From a virus (Duplodnaviria; Caudoviricetes): a DNA stretch of 64,000 nt. Where the stretch lies: positions 1 through 64,000 of the IMG/VR virus record IMGVR_UViG_3300032243_001028; one strand, 5' to 3'. The notes beneath the pieces are model-generated. The model was not told the DNA's origin and did no database searches. It saw only the letters and a program-made list of their open reading frames with translations. Position 1 is the stretch's first letter. Every line of letters starts with the position of its first letter. Positions 8,620-18,396 of this stretch are shown piece after piece. The position numbers and the translations under genes are program-made.

Positions 8620-8904
8620 ATGCTATTTAGACAAGCACTAGGACACATAATCGCTGAACACCGGCAAGACAAAAAGCTCACGCTACGCCAAACAGTAAAT
8701 AGAGGATCAGGGCGTATCTCGCTTACTTACCTATGGGAAATAGAAAAAGCTCGCAAAGAAGTCAGTAGTGAAATGCTGATAGAGGTTGCTCAATGTTTGG
8801 CTATTGAGCCTAGTGATCTGGTAATCAAAATCGGTATGGTTATGTGTGGTGGAGTTCCAAACTACTTGCCGATAGAACTTGACGAACAGCTTGTAAGTCT
8901 ATAA
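8620..8904 (+). CDS. XRE-family HTH regulator resembling actinobacterial ClgR
   Basis: LFRQALG..IAEHRQ....TLRQ......ISLTYLWEIEKARKEVSSEML. Confidence 0.75.
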   Translation: MLFRQALGHIIAEHRQDKKLTLRQTVNRGSGRISLTYLWEIEKARKEVSSEMLIEVAQCLAIEPSDLVIKIGMVMCGGVPNYLPIELDEQLVSL

Positions 8905-8935
8905 ACTGAACTTATCCAACTGAAAGGAAATCAAA

Positions 8936-9361
8936 ATGGATAAAGAAACTGAACCGCAAGCAACAGAAATGAAAATGTCCAACACTTGCTCTTGCGAGGT
9001 TGAGGACGAAACAACAGGCGAAATGACTTGGAGCAACGAATGTTTCGGTTGTTTTGAGGACGATAAGCAATACTTCACAGACGAGTTCCTAATGCCATAC
9101 CTGAACAGCAAGGGTTGGGACGAGGACACGATCATCAGAGTTGTTGGCGAGAAAATGAATTGGGACAACACTAGTGGTTGGACAGAAGTTCCTGCTAAGG
9201 ACTTACTAAAAGCTCTTGCCATAAATGGCGATTACACGCTAAGGGTTGAGATTACGCCTGAAAAGGAAATGGTAATTACCCGATCAAGCCACGATGAATA
9301 CGGAGCTAGTTTTAGATTTGAGTTATCACCCGAACAGGAATACAATTCTTATGAGGAATAA
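8936..9361 (+). CDS. Hypothetical protein
   Basis: GAAAGGA SD; 141 aa, acidic. Confidence 0.7.
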   Translation: MDKETEPQATEMKMSNTCSCEVEDETTGEMTWSNECFGCFEDDKQYFTDEFLMPYLNSKGWDEDTIIRVVGEKMNWDNTSGWTEVPAKDLLKALAINGDYTLRVEITPEKEMVITRSSHDEYGASFRFELSPEQEYNSYEE

Positions 9362-9690
9362 CTAAATAAACTTTTGCTAGGCATACCGAAACCTAAACCT
9401 AGAAGTTTTAGTTTTAGGTGGAGAACCAGAGGTGTCCGTTTAGGAACAATGTTGGTGGTATGGGGATTACTACCCTGAAAACCTAGTGAAATCCGACCAA
9501 TGTATGTCGCTAAACTACGCTTGTTCCTTAGCAAGAGAAAAAACTAAGGGTCTTGACTTCCAGACCTAAAAATTGTAGCCCTATTGGAGTTGATGGTAAT
9601 AACTATCCGGTTTTCTTTTTTTGTATTTTATTCTCTCTCCCTAAAAGAAAAAAATGCTAAACCTGAGTAAGTTGATAAACTGCTCACCTA
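9362..9690 (+). ncRNA. Candidate structured non-coding RNA ending in an anti-SD hairpin and a pseudoknot
   Basis: About 350-nt gap with no credible + strand ORF in a gene-dense region; multiple short stems. Confidence 0.4.
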
Positions 9691-9712
9691 AACTTCTTAG
9701 AAAAGGACAACT

Positions 9713-10012
9713 ATGAAATACGATCTCTACGCAAATGAGGACAACAACTTTATCCCTGATGTAGTCATTACCAAAGTTGAGGGAGCTTGGCTAGTAGATG
9801 CTGGCAGGGAAATCAGTTTTGAGTGGCGAGGAACTGAACAATGGTGTCAAATGGAAATTGACGAGGGCTTTTGGCTAATAACCGAAACTAAATACACTCC
9901 GGATTTTGAGGAGTGGCTTGACGAGAACCTAGACCAATACGACAGCTTAGAGTTTATGTTTGACCTAAACGATCTAGTGCCGAACCACTACAAGATAGAG
10001 CTTGATAAGTGA
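9713..10012 (+). CDS. Hypothetical acidic protein
   Basis: AAAGGA SD; ORF track. Confidence 0.65.
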   Translation: MKYDLYANEDNNFIPDVVITKVEGAWLVDAGREISFEWRGTEQWCQMEIDEGFWLITETKYTPDFEEWLDENLDQYDSLEFMFDLNDLVPNHYKIELDK

Positions 10013-10210
10013 TCAATTGCGAAACCTGTAAAGGCAAACCCCTAGTTTGTAAAATGTATGCTCACGCTAATCGGTGGTATTACTTCTGGTGGTGGCGTGG
10101 AGTTGATAATTTGTTTTGGAAAATCCACGAAAAGTTTTGTAAAGAAACTTGACTTGTATTTGATTAGCTGGTAATTTGGAAACATAACCCGAATGAAAGG
10201 AAAATAAAAA

Positions 10211-10729
10211 ATGGGTATGGATGTTTATGGAAAAAATCCAAAAAGCGAAAAGGGAACTTACTTCCGTAGAAATGTATGGGGCTGGCGACCACTATGGGAC
10301 TACTGCCTAGATCGACACACAGACCTTGCTGGCAAGGTAAAGAACGGACACACTAACGACGGTGATGGACTTGACGCTAACGACAGCGTGGAGCTTGCTC
10401 GCTTGCTTGTAAAAGATTTGTCTGACGGAACAGCAAGTACTTATGTAAAAGCAAGAAACATACACTTATCACTTTTGCCAAGAGAAAATTGCGAGTGGTG
10501 TCAAGGCACAGGTATTAGAACCGACAAGGTTGGCGTTGAGAACAAAATGTCTGATCGTGAATTATCACCGGATTTGGCTATTCTCTTAGGTAGAGAAAAG
10601 GGTTGGTGTAATGGTTGTAATGGCGAGGGCAAGAAAGATAGTTGGGAAACTAACTACGATTTGGAGCTTGATGACATAAAAGAGTTTGCCGAGTTTCTAA
10701 CCGATAGTGGTGGATTTGAGATTTGTTAG
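10211..10729 (+). CDS. Phage protein with DnaJ-like CxxCxGxG insertion
   Basis: MGMDVYG..YFRRNVWGWRPLW...CEWCQGTG...CNGCNGEG...SGGFEIC. Confidence 0.75.
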   Translation: MGMDVYGKNPKSEKGTYFRRNVWGWRPLWDYCLDRHTDLAGKVKNGHTNDGDGLDANDSVELARLLVKDLSDGTASTYVKARNIHLSLLPRENCEWCQGTGIRTDKVGVENKMSDRELSPDLAILLGREKGWCNGCNGEGKKDSWETNYDLELDDIKEFAEFLTDSGGFEIC

Positions 10730-10824
10730 TGAAACCACTAAACTAAGACCATAGGCAAACGCCTAAATACCTAAGCAAGTATCTAAACTGCTTACCAAAA
10801 AACCACCGATAACAAAGGAATAAA

Positions 10825-11232
10825 ATGGAATTTACAACAGCAGGGTTAGTAGCAACAACACCACGCCACATAGTAACGCAAGACGGATTAGAGATTACAA
10901 GTTTCCGTTTAGCAAGTAGTGTCAGGCGTTGGGATAGAACACAAAATCGCTGGGTTGATAGCGACACAAATTGGTTTACCGTTACTTCGTTTAGAACATT
11001 AGCGATAAATGTTGCTGTAAGTGTCAGCAAAGGTGATCGTGTAGTTGTTTCAGGTAAGTTGCGTGTTCGTGATTGGGACAATGGCGATAGAGCAGGAACA
11101 AGCGTTGAGATAGAAGCTGAAACAATTGGACACGACTTGACCTATGGCAACAGCACTTTCAGCAGAACAGCGAAACCTAGTGGCCACATAGAACCACCAG
11201 CCGACACCGTTGAGGATTTGACCAGAGATTAG
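10825..11232 (+). CDS. ssb: Single-stranded DNA-binding protein (actinobacterial type)
   Basis: GLVATTP..ITSFRLAS..RRWD...WVD..TNWFTV...SVSKGDRVVVSGKL.VRDW...VEIEAETIGHDL. Confidence 0.9.
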   Translation: MEFTTAGLVATTPRHIVTQDGLEITSFRLASSVRRWDRTQNRWVDSDTNWFTVTSFRTLAINVAVSVSKGDRVVVSGKLRVRDWDNGDRAGTSVEIEAETIGHDLTYGNSTFSRTAKPSGHIEPPADTVEDLTRD

Positions 11233-11246
11233 GCAACCGAAAAGAA

Positions 11247-11280
11247 TTCGCCAAACTAAAAACTTGGCGAATTTTTTTTT
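11247..11280 (+). terminator. Intrinsic terminator
   Basis: TTCGCCAA/TTGGCGAA stem plus T run. Confidence 0.75.
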
Positions 11281-11347
11281 GCCGACACGCTTGACTTACC
11301 GATACCGATAAGGAACAATAGAACTATCCCGAAACTAAGGAGAAAAA

Positions 11348-11731
11348 ATGGGAGAAATAAAGCAAGCCCTAGTTATCAAGACAGCAGGGGACATACAGGT
11401 TGTAAGCTTTACTGCCGAAACCGAATACGAAGTTATCAAGAAAGCCGTTGGTGGTTATTTAGAGATCGTTAGATTATCGCCAACTATGATTATGTGGACA
11501 AACGAGGAAGGTAAACTAGACAGACTACCTTACAACCACAGAGCAACTGCTATTTGGAATTATTATTTTGGAGCTACGGACATAATCGTTGGTGATGTAA
11601 TCCTTACAGGTGGAACTGATACTGACGGAAACTGCTTAGGACTAAGCTTGGCAGACGGAAACAAAATTCAGGTTTTAGTATCGGCTACTAGACTAGAAAA
11701 AGCCGAGATGAAAAAAGGGGAAACCAAGTGA
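11348..11731 (+). CDS. DUF3846 domain protein
   Basis: AVGGYLEIV...NEEGKL..LPYN.RAT...DIIVGDVILTG. Confidence 0.85.
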   Translation: MGEIKQALVIKTAGDIQVVSFTAETEYEVIKKAVGGYLEIVRLSPTMIMWTNEEGKLDRLPYNHRATAIWNYYFGATDIIVGDVILTGGTDTDGNCLGLSLADGNKIQVLVSATRLEKAEMKKGETK

Positions 11732-11997
11732 AAGTTGATTACGAACTATCAAGAATAGCGATCTGGAAAGTAGAGAACGCTAAGACAAAGTTGGAACTTA
11801 CTTATTCTGCCGAGTATGGAGCAGAGATTAGAGCAAGCCTGACTTACCGAACACTAAACGGAGCTTGGATAAAAACAAAAAAGTATTACAACCGAGCCGA
11901 GTGTCTAATGGATTTCGCTACCCTAACCAACAATAAAAAACTGATCAGGGTAATAGAAAGAACAGAGCAGTATCAAAGCTATTTAGAAAATAGTTAG
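11728..11997 (+). CDS. Hypothetical protein
   Basis: GTGA coupling with the upstream gene. Confidence 0.6.
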   Translation: MKVDYELSRIAIWKVENAKTKLELTYSAEYGAEIRASLTYRTLNGAWIKTKKYYNRAECLMDFATLTNNKKLIRVIERTEQYQSYLENS

Positions 11998-12111
11998 ACA
12001 CACCGAAAAAATAAATGAAAATAAACTTGACTTAGATTAGATAAAAGACTAAGTTAGAAGTATTGGAAGTTCCAATAGCCGAAATCGGCACAGAACTAAG
12101 GAAGTAAATAA

Positions 12112-12414
12112 ATGGAAAATCAAGAACCACAAGAAGTAAAAATCACAAGCAAAAAAGCAAAAGAAGCTTATGCCTTGCTAAAAACTATCAAGCTCCAAAT
12201 GGCAGAACTAGAAACACAAAAGGCACAGGCTACCGAAATCTTGGCACAGGCTCTAAATGGTGCCAAGCGTGGAGTTGTTGCTGGACAGGGTTCGTATGTT
12301 TTACAGGCAGGAAAGAACACGAGTTTTGATCGTGCCTTGATGAAAGAGAAGTTCCCTGTTGCGTTTGACGAGTGCCTAAGAACAACCGAATACGAATACA
12401 TAAAACTCGTATAG
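12112..12414 (+). CDS. Hypothetical coiled-coil protein
   Basis: Promoter at 12027, AAGGA SD. Confidence 0.7.
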   Translation: MENQEPQEVKITSKKAKEAYALLKTIKLQMAELETQKAQATEILAQALNGAKRGVVAGQGSYVLQAGKNTSFDRALMKEKFPVAFDECLRTTEYEYIKLV

Positions 12415-12426
12415 CAAGAAGTAGTG

Positions 12427-12475
12427 ATCCCCTAATAAACCGAACCGAGAGTTTGGATTAGGGGATTTACTTTTT
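12427..12475 (+). terminator. Intrinsic terminator
   Basis: ATCCCCTAAT...ATTAGGGGAT stem plus T-rich tail. Confidence 0.65.
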
Positions 12476-12525
12476 ACCAAGAAAAGTGGTAAGGTAGAAC
12501 TACCACCGAAAATGAAAGTAGAAAA

Positions 12526-12708
12526 ATGACCAAGTATGTAAAACACCTAACCAATGATGAACTACTAGAACGCCTAGCAGACGAGTTAGTTAGAACTCAC
12601 CGAGAGACCGCCATAGACCTAGGCTATTGGGAAACAGCAAGAGAAGTTGTAGAACGCTTTTACAGCGTGGAAGTAAAACTAACTATCAAGAAAGCAAAGA
12701 AAAAATGA
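12526..12708 (+). CDS. Hypothetical protein
   Basis: ORF track; purine-rich leader. Confidence 0.6.
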   Translation: MTKYVKHLTNDELLERLADELVRTHRETAIDLGYWETAREVVERFYSVEVKLTIKKAKKK

Positions 12709-13013
12709 CCGAACAGGAAAAGCCGAAAGGCGATTTTAGTGATCCAAAAAGTTTCTATTTCAATGACTACCTAAGCAACCACATAGGACACAAGCTTGAA
12801 GTTGTTGAGTATTGTTGTGGTGTGTGTGGAAAGACCACCGACTTTATGCTCCGTTGTTTCCAAGATGACATAGATGATACTTGTTCCAACGACCCTGCTG
12901 GTATTGCTAGGGAATGGGTGAAACCGCATTGCGAGTGTAATCACAGCCCTTGGACAGCAGACAAGATTTCTAATCTAAAAGAAAACTTGACAGAAAGTAA
13001 TCAAGCCGAGTAA
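12705..13013 (+). CDS. Cys-rich hypothetical protein
   Basis: Start reassigned to ATG 12705 (ATGA coupling). Confidence 0.6.
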   Translation: MTEQEKPKGDFSDPKSFYFNDYLSNHIGHKLEVVEYCCGVCGKTTDFMLRCFQDDIDDTCSNDPAGIAREWVKPHCECNHSPWTADKISNLKENLTESNQAE

Positions 13014-13046
13014 AGTGGAACTACCACCAAACATTAGGAGCAGAAA

Positions 13047-13295
13047 ATGGAAATGAACGAAGTTGAGCAGAAAGCAGTAAAGGCTATCTACAACGACTAC
13101 TACTCTAAGGAGATTAGTGCCGAACAAGCTTTACACGATCTAGAAATGCTTATCAACAATAATGAAGTTGTTGAGAGATGTCCGTTGTGTAAGGCACAGA
13201 TAGACGAGAATAATCCACTCATTGACGCTGAACGCTATTCTGTAAGCGACAAAATCGGTTATTGCGATAACTGCTATGACCCGACACCAGACTAA
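13047..13295 (+). CDS. Hypothetical protein with C-terminal CxxC..CxxC module (paralog of 18026..18223)
   Basis: CPLC....NPLIDAERY...DKIGYCDNCYDPTP. Confidence 0.7.
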   Translation: MEMNEVEQKAVKAIYNDYYSKEISAEQALHDLEMLINNNEVVERCPLCKAQIDENNPLIDAERYSVSDKIGYCDNCYDPTPD

Positions 13296-13513
13296 AAACA
13301 AGCTTGGCAGTTAGTCCCCCCTAACACTACTGCCAACGAGCAAGGGTTTCTCTCATTTCTCCCTTGCTCCACACCTAAGCAAGTGTATAAAAGGCTTATT
13401 TTTATTTAGGGAACATACCGGAAAATAAGCTTGACTAATCTTAGGTAGTTGTGGTTAGATTAGTTAGCACCAAAAAATAAAAAACGATCGACTAAAAATG
13501 AAAGGCAACAAAA

Positions 13514-13759
13514 ATGGAAGATTTTACCGACTTCACACCAAAGAACTTTTACTTTACAGCAGACGGAAACTATGGCGGTGATGAGATTATTCTTGTTGAT
13601 GTTAGCAAGCTTGCCGATAATCACTTACTAGACAGCGTTGAGAACCTAACTAGCGATAACTCTATGTTGAGTTTCGTAAAGTGGTTTATTGCTAATGACC
13701 ACAAGGAAGTTATTACCGCCATTGGTGAGCCTTGTGAAACTTGTAATGAGAACGCTTAG
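13514..13759 (+). CDS. Hypothetical protein
   Basis: Promoter at 13431, GAAAGG SD; YFTADGNYG motif. Confidence 0.7.
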   Translation: MEDFTDFTPKNFYFTADGNYGGDEIILVDVSKLADNHLLDSVENLTSDNSMLSFVKWFIANDHKEVITAIGEPCETCNENA

Positions 13760-13841
13760 ATAATCTTGCGAAAACCCCTAATCTGTGTTTAGATTAGATA
13801 GCACCAAAAAAATAAACCACCGAAAAAAAGGAAAAACAAAA

Positions 13842-14198
13842 ATGGGCGATAGAGCAACTATCCACATCACAAGCGAGCAGTTTGATACAGCCATAGAACT
13901 TTATGGGCATTGGTCAGGCACAGACAACGCTAAGGCAGTTGGTAATGTATTGGACAGAACGGGCAGAATAGGCGACCCGTCTTATCTAACAGCACAGCTA
14001 TTCTATGAATACGCAAAGTTAGGAAACTACAACGGAGAGTTGAGTTTCGGCATTAGAGCAATAAAGGCAGAGCCTAGCGACACTTTTGACGATAATCCTG
14101 TCGTTGTTGTAAATGCCGATACAGGTTCAGTTCAGTATGACGGAGAAACTTATACTGCCGAGCAGTTTGCGTTAGCGTATGCCGATAAGGTAAGTTAG
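13842..14198 (+). CDS. Phage hypothetical protein (MGDRA...LYGHWSG type)
   Basis: Start reassigned to ATG 13842 after AAAGGA. Confidence 0.75.
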   Translation: MGDRATIHITSEQFDTAIELYGHWSGTDNAKAVGNVLDRTGRIGDPSYLTAQLFYEYAKLGNYNGELSFGIRAIKAEPSDTFDDNPVVVVNADTGSVQYDGETYTAEQFALAYADKVS

Positions 14199-14265
14199 AA
14201 CTACACCGATAAAGGTGGTAATCCAAAAGGGTTATCACCTTTATCACTAACAAGGGAAAATAAAA

Positions 14266-14514
14266 ATGAACGAGCAACTAGAACAACTACAACAGAGATT
14301 ACTAGATCTAAAATCTAGACGAGCAGGGTTATTATCTCTATTGGAAGGCATTACCGAGCAGGTAAAGACAACACCGAATAAAGACTTAGCGTTTCTAGAT
14401 AGTTTGGTATCACAGCTAGAACAGGCAGCAATAAAGTCTAATGAACTAGGGGAGATGATTACCGAAACTAGATTAGACATTGCTAAGTTTAGAAAAGAGT
14501 TTGGCTTAGACTAG
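14266..14514 (+). CDS. Coiled-coil hypothetical protein
   Basis: AAGGGA SD; heptad leucines. Confidence 0.65.
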   Translation: MNEQLEQLQQRLLDLKSRRAGLLSLLEGITEQVKTTPNKDLAFLDSLVSQLEQAAIKSNELGEMITETRLDIAKFRKEFGLD

Positions 14515-14556
14515 CCAAGCTGGTAAAGTTAGAACACAACCAAAAAAGGAGAACTA

Positions 14557-14841
14557 ATGAAAACACTTGCCGAGTTCAAAAGAGTATTAGCCAAGCCTGA
14601 TACAACCCTAACGATTATCAAATGCCTAGACATAAAGACAGGTGAGGAAAAACCTCATAAGTTTCTAGATCAGGTTAGAACGATAGGGAAACTACAAACT
14701 AACAGCGTTGCCCTAAAAGATAGCACCGGCAAACTTTCGTGGTTAGACATAGATAAAGCTCGCAACTGGACATTTACCGATAATGTTGCGACCTATGCTG
14801 ATGAATACATTGCCATTGTTTATTTAGTAAAACACGCCTAA
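14557..14841 (+). CDS. Hypothetical protein
   Basis: AAGGAG SD. Confidence 0.7.
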   Translation: MKTLAEFKRVLAKPDTTLTIIKCLDIKTGEEKPHKFLDQVRTIGKLQTNSVALKDSTGKLSWLDIDKARNWTFTDNVATYADEYIAIVYLVKHA

Positions 14842-14927
14842 AAATAACTTGACTATTCCCGAACAGGTTTAGTAAAGTGAGAATAGTTAGGTAAAGTGCC
14901 TAACCTAAATGAGAGTAAGGAACTCAA

Positions 14928-15401
14928 ATGAACACAACACTTATCGCAGTAATGCCATTGGTTTATCTGGCTATCGTTGCTATTCCCCTAATCACCATAG
15001 ACATTAGAGAACACCGACTACCAAACAAGATTATTCTGCCGTTTATTGCTTTGGGTTTGGTTACGGACTTAGTTGCTAGTTTCGCTGGTGGAGAGTGGTG
15101 GAGATTAGGATTAGCTTTGGCAGTTGCTTTTGGTATCGGTATTGCTGGTATGGTTGCTAACTACTTTGACCTTATCGGTATGGGGGACATCAAACTATTC
15201 TTTGGTAGTTCCCTAGTAATCGGCTGGTTTGTCTGGTGGTTGCCGTTGGTATTGGTTGCCGTAACGCTCATTGTTGGTATTCTCGTAACGCTTTATCTGT
15301 TGGTGTTCCGTAAGGTTAGTGCTGGAACTAGCGTTCCACTAGGACCTTATGCCATTGTTCTATCCCTAGTTATTGGAACTTACGGAGTTATGAGTATCTA
15401 A
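14928..15401 (+). CDS. Type IV prepilin peptidase (peptidase A24, GxGD aspartyl protease)
   Basis: IDIREHRLPNKI, GMGDIKL, VPLGPY; multiple transmembrane helices. Confidence 0.85.
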   Translation: MNTTLIAVMPLVYLAIVAIPLITIDIREHRLPNKIILPFIALGLVTDLVASFAGGEWWRLGLALAVAFGIGIAGMVANYFDLIGMGDIKLFFGSSLVIGWFVWWLPLVLVAVTLIVGILVTLYLLVFRKVSAGTSVPLGPYAIVLSLVIGTYGVMSI

Positions 15402-15579
15402 GGAAGTAAGCCGAACCCCTTAGCCTAAATGGTTAGGGGGTTTAGCTTTGCCCGAAAAAAGACGATCTGGTGAAACCCGACACGCTAAAAAATAGTTGCC
15501 GATAAACTTGACTATTTCTATACGGAGATAGTAATCTTGGAGTAGTTAGGTAAATCGCCTAACAGATACGGAGATAAAA

Positions 15580-15792
15580 ATGAGTGGTTATGACATTGGC
15601 GGTGGCTATGACGGCTGGAAAACTGCTACCCCTTGGGATAATGAACGAGAGATTACTGTTTCGTTTGAGTGTGGCAAGTGTGAAGTTGAGAACGACAGCA
15701 TAGAAGTTGTAGTTGGTGGCAGGTCTGGAGATGTAGATGTTGAGTGTGCCGAGTGTGGTGAGAACAACAGCGTTAGTTTCGGTGATGACTAA
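15580..15792 (+). CDS. Zn-ribbon protein (paralog of 18501..18695)
   Basis: VSFECGKCEVEN...ECAECGENN. Confidence 0.7.
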   Translation: MSGYDIGGGYDGWKTATPWDNEREITVSFECGKCEVENDSIEVVVGGRSGDVDVECAECGENNSVSFGDD

Positions 15793-15900
15793 ATAGACTT
15801 CACTAGGCAAAAATCAAAACTGAGTAATCAAAACTGAGAGCCTAGTGAAACACCTGAGCAAGTGTATAAAAGGCTCACCTAAATCTTTAGAAAGGCAAAA

Positions 15901-16077
15901 GTGAAAGACAGAAAATCTAAGATCGCCTGTTGGTCTTGTGGCAAGCTTACGGAAGTAAAATACATTGGTGAGAACACACATAAACAAGAGTGCCGAGAGT
16001 GTAAAGAGTGGCGAGCAGAACGCTATGCTGTATTACAGGGGAACACCGATAAAGAGAGATTAGATAATGCTGAATAA
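15901..16077 (+). CDS. Small CxxC protein (58 aa, not in ORF track)
   Basis: GAAAGG SD, GTG start, CWSC...CREC. Confidence 0.5.
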   Translation: MKDRKSKIACWSCGKLTEVKYIGENTHKQECRECKEWRAERYAVLQGNTDKERLDNAE

Positions 16078-16269
16078 AATTGCTAGAAGTCTTAGAAGTA
16101 TTAGCGGAGTGCTAATGAATACAGGACACCGACTTAGTTGGTATGCGAGCAAGCTTGATACCAAGTCAAGAGATCGTAGAAACGCTAAAAAATAAAATGC
16201 GGATAAACTTGACAAAGTTTCCAAACAGCAACTAAACTGAATACATCAAGACGAAAAGAGGTGAAAAAA

Positions 16270-16497
16270 ATGGGAAAAAAAGTTGATACTTGGACTTGGT
16301 TCGTTGCTCAATACGAGCAACAGGGATACAAATCTCTAAACCAATTCGCTATCGCAACAGGCTTACAGAAGTCTAGCCTTAGCCGATACTTTCATAATCA
16401 ACGACACATTCCGTCAAATACTTTGGCGGTGCTATGTCGTGAGCTGGAAGTTTCTCCAACTGAATTACTGATCGCAATTGGCGAGAAAGTAAAGTAA
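16270..16497 (+). CDS. XRE/Cro-like HTH protein
   Basis: SLNQFAIATGLQKSSLSRYF....PS..TL..LC..LEVSP. Confidence 0.8.
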   Translation: MGKKVDTWTWFVAQYEQQGYKSLNQFAIATGLQKSSLSRYFHNQRHIPSNTLAVLCRELEVSPTELLIAIGEKVK

Positions 16498-16562
16498 GTG
16501 CCGAACCTGAGCAAGTTCTAAAAAGGCTCAACTAAAAACTAATAGAAAGTTGCGGTGAAGTT

Positions 16563-16754
16563 GTGAAAACATTTTTGGCAGTATTAGGTTTATGGTCTGC
16601 TGGTTGCGGTATCTATTATGGATTTATAGCCGACAATAATCAGCGAGCATTTGAGATTGGATTTACTTTGGCATTTCTGCTATTGTTTGTAGCGTTGCTA
16701 CTAGCAGTTGCCGAGCTTCCTAGATTTATTAGAAAGCGTAATAGGCGTAAATAG
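16563..16754 (+). CDS. Small 2-TM membrane protein
   Basis: Two hydrophobic stretches and a basic C-terminus. Confidence 0.55.
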   Translation: MKTFLAVLGLWSAGCGIYYGFIADNNQRAFEIGFTLAFLLLFVALLLAVAELPRFIRKRNRRK

Positions 16755-16901
16755 ACTTGGGAGAGGGTTTCTTTCATTTCCCCTCTGCCGAACACACCTG
16801 AACAAGTGTCTAAAAGGTTCATTTATTTTTTAGAGATCGGGAATTTTTTATGCCGATTAGAAGTTATTATTTATGTAATGACTAACTACAAAGGAGACAA
16901 A

Positions 16902-17060
16902 ATGAAAAGAACTAAATTCACACCAGAACGCCTTGCTGAGCTGGACAGACTAGACAGATTTAGAACCTATGACTTACTTTATAGGGCTATGCTTGCCGGT
17001 CTAATCCCCTTTGAGCCGAACCTAAGACTAAAGCGTATGGTCAGGGTAAAGAAGTCTTAG
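16902..17060 (+). CDS. Small basic hypothetical protein
   Basis: AAGGAG SD before ATG 16902. Confidence 0.55.
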   Translation: MKRTKFTPERLAELDRLDRFRTYDLLYRAMLAGLIPFEPNLRLKRMVRVKKS

Positions 17061-17171
17061 AGAGATTTCTAGAGATCCAAAAAATAAATACCGACACGCT
17101 TGCTTATTTCCATTTGGAGATGCTAAAGTTGAAGTAGTTAGGTGAAGTGCCTAGCAGTTACGGAGTAAAAA

Positions 17172-17450
17172 ATGGAAAAGAAAGAATACCGAGTTTATTG
17201 GTGGATTGAGATTTACCCTTTCGGCTATGACAGAGATTGCGAACTCAGGAACATTGAACTAATGGGAACTGTTTTTGCCGAAGATGAAGATGATGCTATG
17301 GATCAGGTTAGAGAAGATAACGAGATTATTGGTGATGATTTCATTGGTTACCCTGACCCTGATTATGTTGATAGTCACCCCGACATTGAGATAGTTTGGA
17401 CTGGCGATATGTCTGCCGAGTTAGTTTTGGACTTGACTAAGCAGGACTAA
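17172..17450 (+). CDS. Acidic hypothetical protein
   Basis: Own promoter-hairpin cassette, GGAG SD. Confidence 0.7.
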   Translation: MEKKEYRVYWWIEIYPFGYDRDCELRNIELMGTVFAEDEDDAMDQVREDNEIIGDDFIGYPDPDYVDSHPDIEIVWTGDMSAELVLDLTKQD

Positions 17451-17465
17451 ACCCCGAGAGTAGAA

Positions 17466-17500
17466 AGCCCTTAGCCGAAAGGCTAGGGGTTTTTTATTTT
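17466..17500 (+). terminator. Intrinsic terminator
   Basis: CCCTTAGCC-GAAA-GGCTAGGGG plus T run. Confidence 0.8.
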
Positions 17501-17595
17501 TGGACACGCCAGAATAATCTTGACTAAATGCCGATAAGTGATCTAGGATTTTAGTAGTTAGGTAATCTCCTAATCAAAATAAAGAAAGTAGAAAA

Positions 17596-17874
17596 ATGAA
17601 ACTACAAGTTACGAAGTCAAGCCCAGTCTGGCAAAAGATTATTGCCGATAATAAAGAGTGGTTTTCTAAATCAACACTGGAGTTTTTCAAATCAACTATT
17701 TTTTGGTCAAGCCTGAAAGAAACTGAACAGGGTCTAAAGTTTGTAACTAGCGAATGGAACTACCAGCAGGACACTAAGGTTTTTACTATCAGGCTAGTCA
17801 CCGATACAGGCATAGAAACTATTAGTGAATACGGACAATACCCTAGCCTTGTAGAAGCCTTACGAGCCTTATAG
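17596..17874 (+). CDS. Hypothetical protein
   Basis: Cassette gene; WFSKSTLEFFKS..FVTSE motif. Confidence 0.7.
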   Translation: MKLQVTKSSPVWQKIIADNKEWFSKSTLEFFKSTIFWSSLKETEQGLKFVTSEWNYQQDTKVFTIRLVTDTGIETISEYGQYPSLVEALRAL

Positions 17875-18025
17875 AGATCGTGAAACTGAACCCTTGCCGA
17901 AGCTCAGGCAGGGGTTTAGTTTTATCTAGACACGCCAAAATAAAATACTTAGAAACTTGACGGAATAAAACTTGCGGTGATAGAGTTTTATTAGTTAGGC
18001 AAGTTGCCGAACAGAAATGAGAAAA

Positions 18026-18223
18026 ATGGAAAACTTTCTAGACATCAACAAGGTTGCTAAAATTGTAGGACTGCCAGCAACTAACGAAGTCTGCCCTAGT
18101 TGTGATGAACTTATTACGGCTACTAATCCCCTGATAGATACTGAACGCTATACGGCTAATGATAAGACTGGCTATTGCGATAGTTGTTATGACCCGACCC
18201 CTTACTATCCCAAGATAGATTAG
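18026..18223 (+). CDS. CxxC..CxxC protein (paralog of 13047..13295)
   Basis: CPSC....NPLIDTERY...DKTGYCDSCYDPTP. Confidence 0.7.
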   Translation: MENFLDINKVAKIVGLPATNEVCPSCDELITATNPLIDTERYTANDKTGYCDSCYDPTPYYPKID

Positions 18224-18231
18224 GGGGGATT

Positions 18232-18396
18232 ATGTTTATAGAGAAACCAGCTGACGCTGAACAAGCGGAACAATTCGCATTAGGACTAATCCAAGAACCA
18301 AAAGATTACGGAACATTAGTTTTAGTTCCTTGTAAGCACAAGGTATTCTGCCGAACTCACGGAAGTTTCTGGATCAGGAAAAGATTTAGAAAATAG
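18232..18396 (+). CDS. Small hypothetical protein (54 aa, not in ORF track)
   Basis: GGGGGA SD; MFIEKPADAEQ...RFRK. Confidence 0.45.
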   Translation: MFIEKPADAEQAEQFALGLIQEPKDYGTLVLVPCKHKVFCRTHGSFWIRKRFRK

